DNA from: Ginkgo biloba
Taxonomy: Eukaryota; Plantae; Ginkgophyta
Assembly (NCBI GenBank): GCA_024626585.2
Contig: JANKJI020000004.1
Location: 169,693,839 to 169,718,937, forward strand
Reading direction: 5' to 3'
DNA: 25,099 nt
The notes under the pieces were generated by a model. It had not been told where the DNA came from. It saw only the letters and a list, made by a program, of their open reading frames with translations, and ran no database searches. This document shows positions 22,761 to 25,099 of the stretch, piece by piece. Each line of letters begins with the position of its first letter. The stretch's first letter is position 1. The translations under genes were made by a program, and so were the position numbers.

Positions 22761-23348
22761 GAAGGATAAGTAGACATAGATTAGGTATAAGATCTTGTTT
22801 AACTATTATTTTTCATACACAATGATAATAACTAACTAAAAACTATCCATAATTCTAATTACTGAATAAAAAATTATCTCTAAACATAAACAACATAACT
22901 CATAATAAAAAACTCAATCAAATATCATTAGTAGATAGCATAGTACATAATATACATGATATGAAGTTTCATTTCATTATTCAATTAGACTATATACCAA
23001 GACATGATAGAGAGTTATGTCATACACTTAACCTATCTCAAATAGACTTCATTAACTATTACACTCTACCTATGGTGAATATTTATAAAACATCAATTGA
23101 AATATATAGAGTTCTCTTCTTATTCTTCATCTTAGAATATTCCATTTTGAATTTTTTAAGGTGAATATTATTTATAATCACTTTATTAAAAACACTATAA
23201 TGAATTAGAATTAAAACATAATTATTCCTACTATATAGAATGTAACAAATAAATCATAATGGGTGTAAACACATTCTTAGGCTACTTAACTACAACTCGC
23301 GAGTCTTGTAAAATTACAAATTCATAAAAGGACTAAAAAATGACTAAA

Positions 23349-23605
23349 TTTTTTTTTGTTTTAACAAAAAAAGATAAAGGATTATATAATAAAAAAAATG
23401 ATTGCCTTCTCTATAAAGAGGAGACATCCATTAGAAAATAATACATCGGATACAGAGACCAGGAATCTTATCCAAAAGCACTAGGTGTGCTCAAAGGAGA
23501 CCAAAATTCTTAAAGGTATAAAATCCTAATTTACTTGATACAACAATAGATAATTTCTGCAAAACATCTAATACAGTAATCCAAAAATGTAAAACAAAAA
23601 TAGAG
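23349..23605 (-). mobile_element. Probable LINE 3' end (ORF tail, stem-loop, A-rich tail)
   Basis: The ORF tail ends at 23491. A hairpin lies at 23403-23426 (UGUCUCCUCU-UUAU-AGAGAAGGCA), and a T-run at 23349-23357 is an oligo(A) on the - strand. Confidence 0.4.
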
Positions 23606-23705
23606 NNNNNNNNNNNNNNNNNNNNNNNNNNNNNNNNNNNNNNNNNNNNNNNNNNNNNNNNNNNNNNNNNNNNNNNNNNNNNNNNNNNNNNNNNNNNNNN
23701 NNNNN

Positions 23706-25099
23706 TCCTTTCACATTTTAGTTTCTTCATTTGTACTGTGTATTGAACTCTTATACTCTTTGCCTTTATAACTTGTTATCCCTTGAGTTCTCAATGTCTT
23801 CATCTTTTTAAGATTGATTTTCCATATATAGAAATACCCACCCAGAAGGTGGATTCTTATTTGAATCTTAAGGAAAGTCTTCTTCTAACTCTATTTTTAA
23901 ATTCCAATAACTCCATATTCAATTATTTTTGTTGCCTCTATTTTCTTAATCCTCTTTTTTCCCTAGTAGTCATTTCTCTCAATACATTTTATTCTAAACC
24001 TTCTATGAATCTATCAATTTGAAGTTTTATGAAATGAAAGGGTGACTCTCTGTGGATCATAAATCTTTCCTGAATGTCAAAATTGAATTTCCATGTACAA
24101 TTGGTATTCATAANNNNNNNNNNNNNNNNTTGGTCATATCCTTTAGACTCATTTTCTTGTTCCTCTAAAATTGTACATTATATGTACTTAACTTCCTAAC
24201 CAATTCATGATACACTATTTTGGTTGATAAGAATTGACTTAAATTCTTGAAAGATCTCAAGAAACTCTAGACCTTTAAGATAATATATTTCTTTTGCTAA
24301 AATATGTCCCCAATTTTGTTTAAACATTTCTTAATTTCATTTGGGACTCTCACCTTGTTTATTCCCCTTCTTTCTTAGAATTCTTTAATCAATCAATCAT
24401 ATATATTTAAAACCTAAAATTTTGTATACTCATATCTTTCCTTCGATTTCCATTCATAAAATAATTTTCTCAATAACTAGAATTTTGTCATCTCCTTTAG
24501 CTTTCTTATCAACATTTCCTTTAGGAGTGGAGATTTTGCCAAAACTAGTGTCACCAAGATCAACGAATGTATGATATAAGCTCTATTTATTTTTGCCACA
24601 TGAATATCTTGAATTAATTCCTCTATAAAACCACATGAATATATTGCATTAATTTCTCTACAAAAAATATTGCTAAGTTATATTTGGCATTATTTTTCAA
24701 AGCATCATATAAAATTCTTATCCATTTTGTTGGTCATTTTTTAGTATCTATCAAACCCAACATCTTTATAATTCCAAATGATACATCCTTATATGGCCCA
24801 CTCATAATTTCATCTAAGGGTAGTAAATTATCAATTCCCTATCAATTATCTTTAATGATTTCTATAAATATTTTATCTACATCCCCTTTCTAGTGTACAA
24901 CATGCCAAATGTTCCTTCTACCAAATTAATATTTTTTCTCTCATTTGGAATGCCAAAAATTACAAAACATATTATTTCATCAATGTTTACATGTTTCATT
25001 GTTAAATTAATTCAACTACCAGATTTTGAATTAATTATATCCTTTATCAAGTTAGTACACTAGATTATTGATGTGGGATCACATTAATAAACACCTAAT
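23706..25099 (-). pseudogene. Heavily decayed TE accessory ORF
   Basis: Minus: PTSII*CTNLIKDII..VIFGIP..PYKDVSFGIIKMLGL..KWIRILYDALKNNAKYNLAIFFVEKL..AYIIHSLI, followed by K/E-rich coiled-coil-like sequence. Its layout parallels the 13020-13240 segment. Confidence 0.5.

Overview
This is AT-rich, TE-saturated plant nuclear DNA with several N-gaps. It most likely comes from a giant-genome seed plant with flagellated sperm (Ginkgo or a cycad; inferred). Two host genes are arranged head-to-head. (1) A two-exon alpha-crystallin/HSP20-domain gene lies on the - strand (12014-11873 + 11754-10565, 443 aa), with a long acidic linker and a C-terminal membrane anchor (RTM2-like architecture). (2) The first two coding exons of the ciliary gene IFT80 lie on the + strand (20404-20440, 20602-20711). 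IFT80 intron 1 has minor-spliceosome (U12) signals and intron 2 appears to start with a GC donor, so the ORF track misses the gene start. A ~410-bp promoter segment is present twice, flanking a ~7-kb block of nested retroelements. This suggests a compact divergent promoter was duplicated and split, and one copy has since decayed by CpG deamination. The rest is degenerate Ty3/gypsy pol (apparently with an internal inversion), a gag-protease-only CRM-like element, L1-type LINE remnants and several decayed uncharacterised TE accessory ORFs. All family assignments are by eye and from memory; no searches were run.
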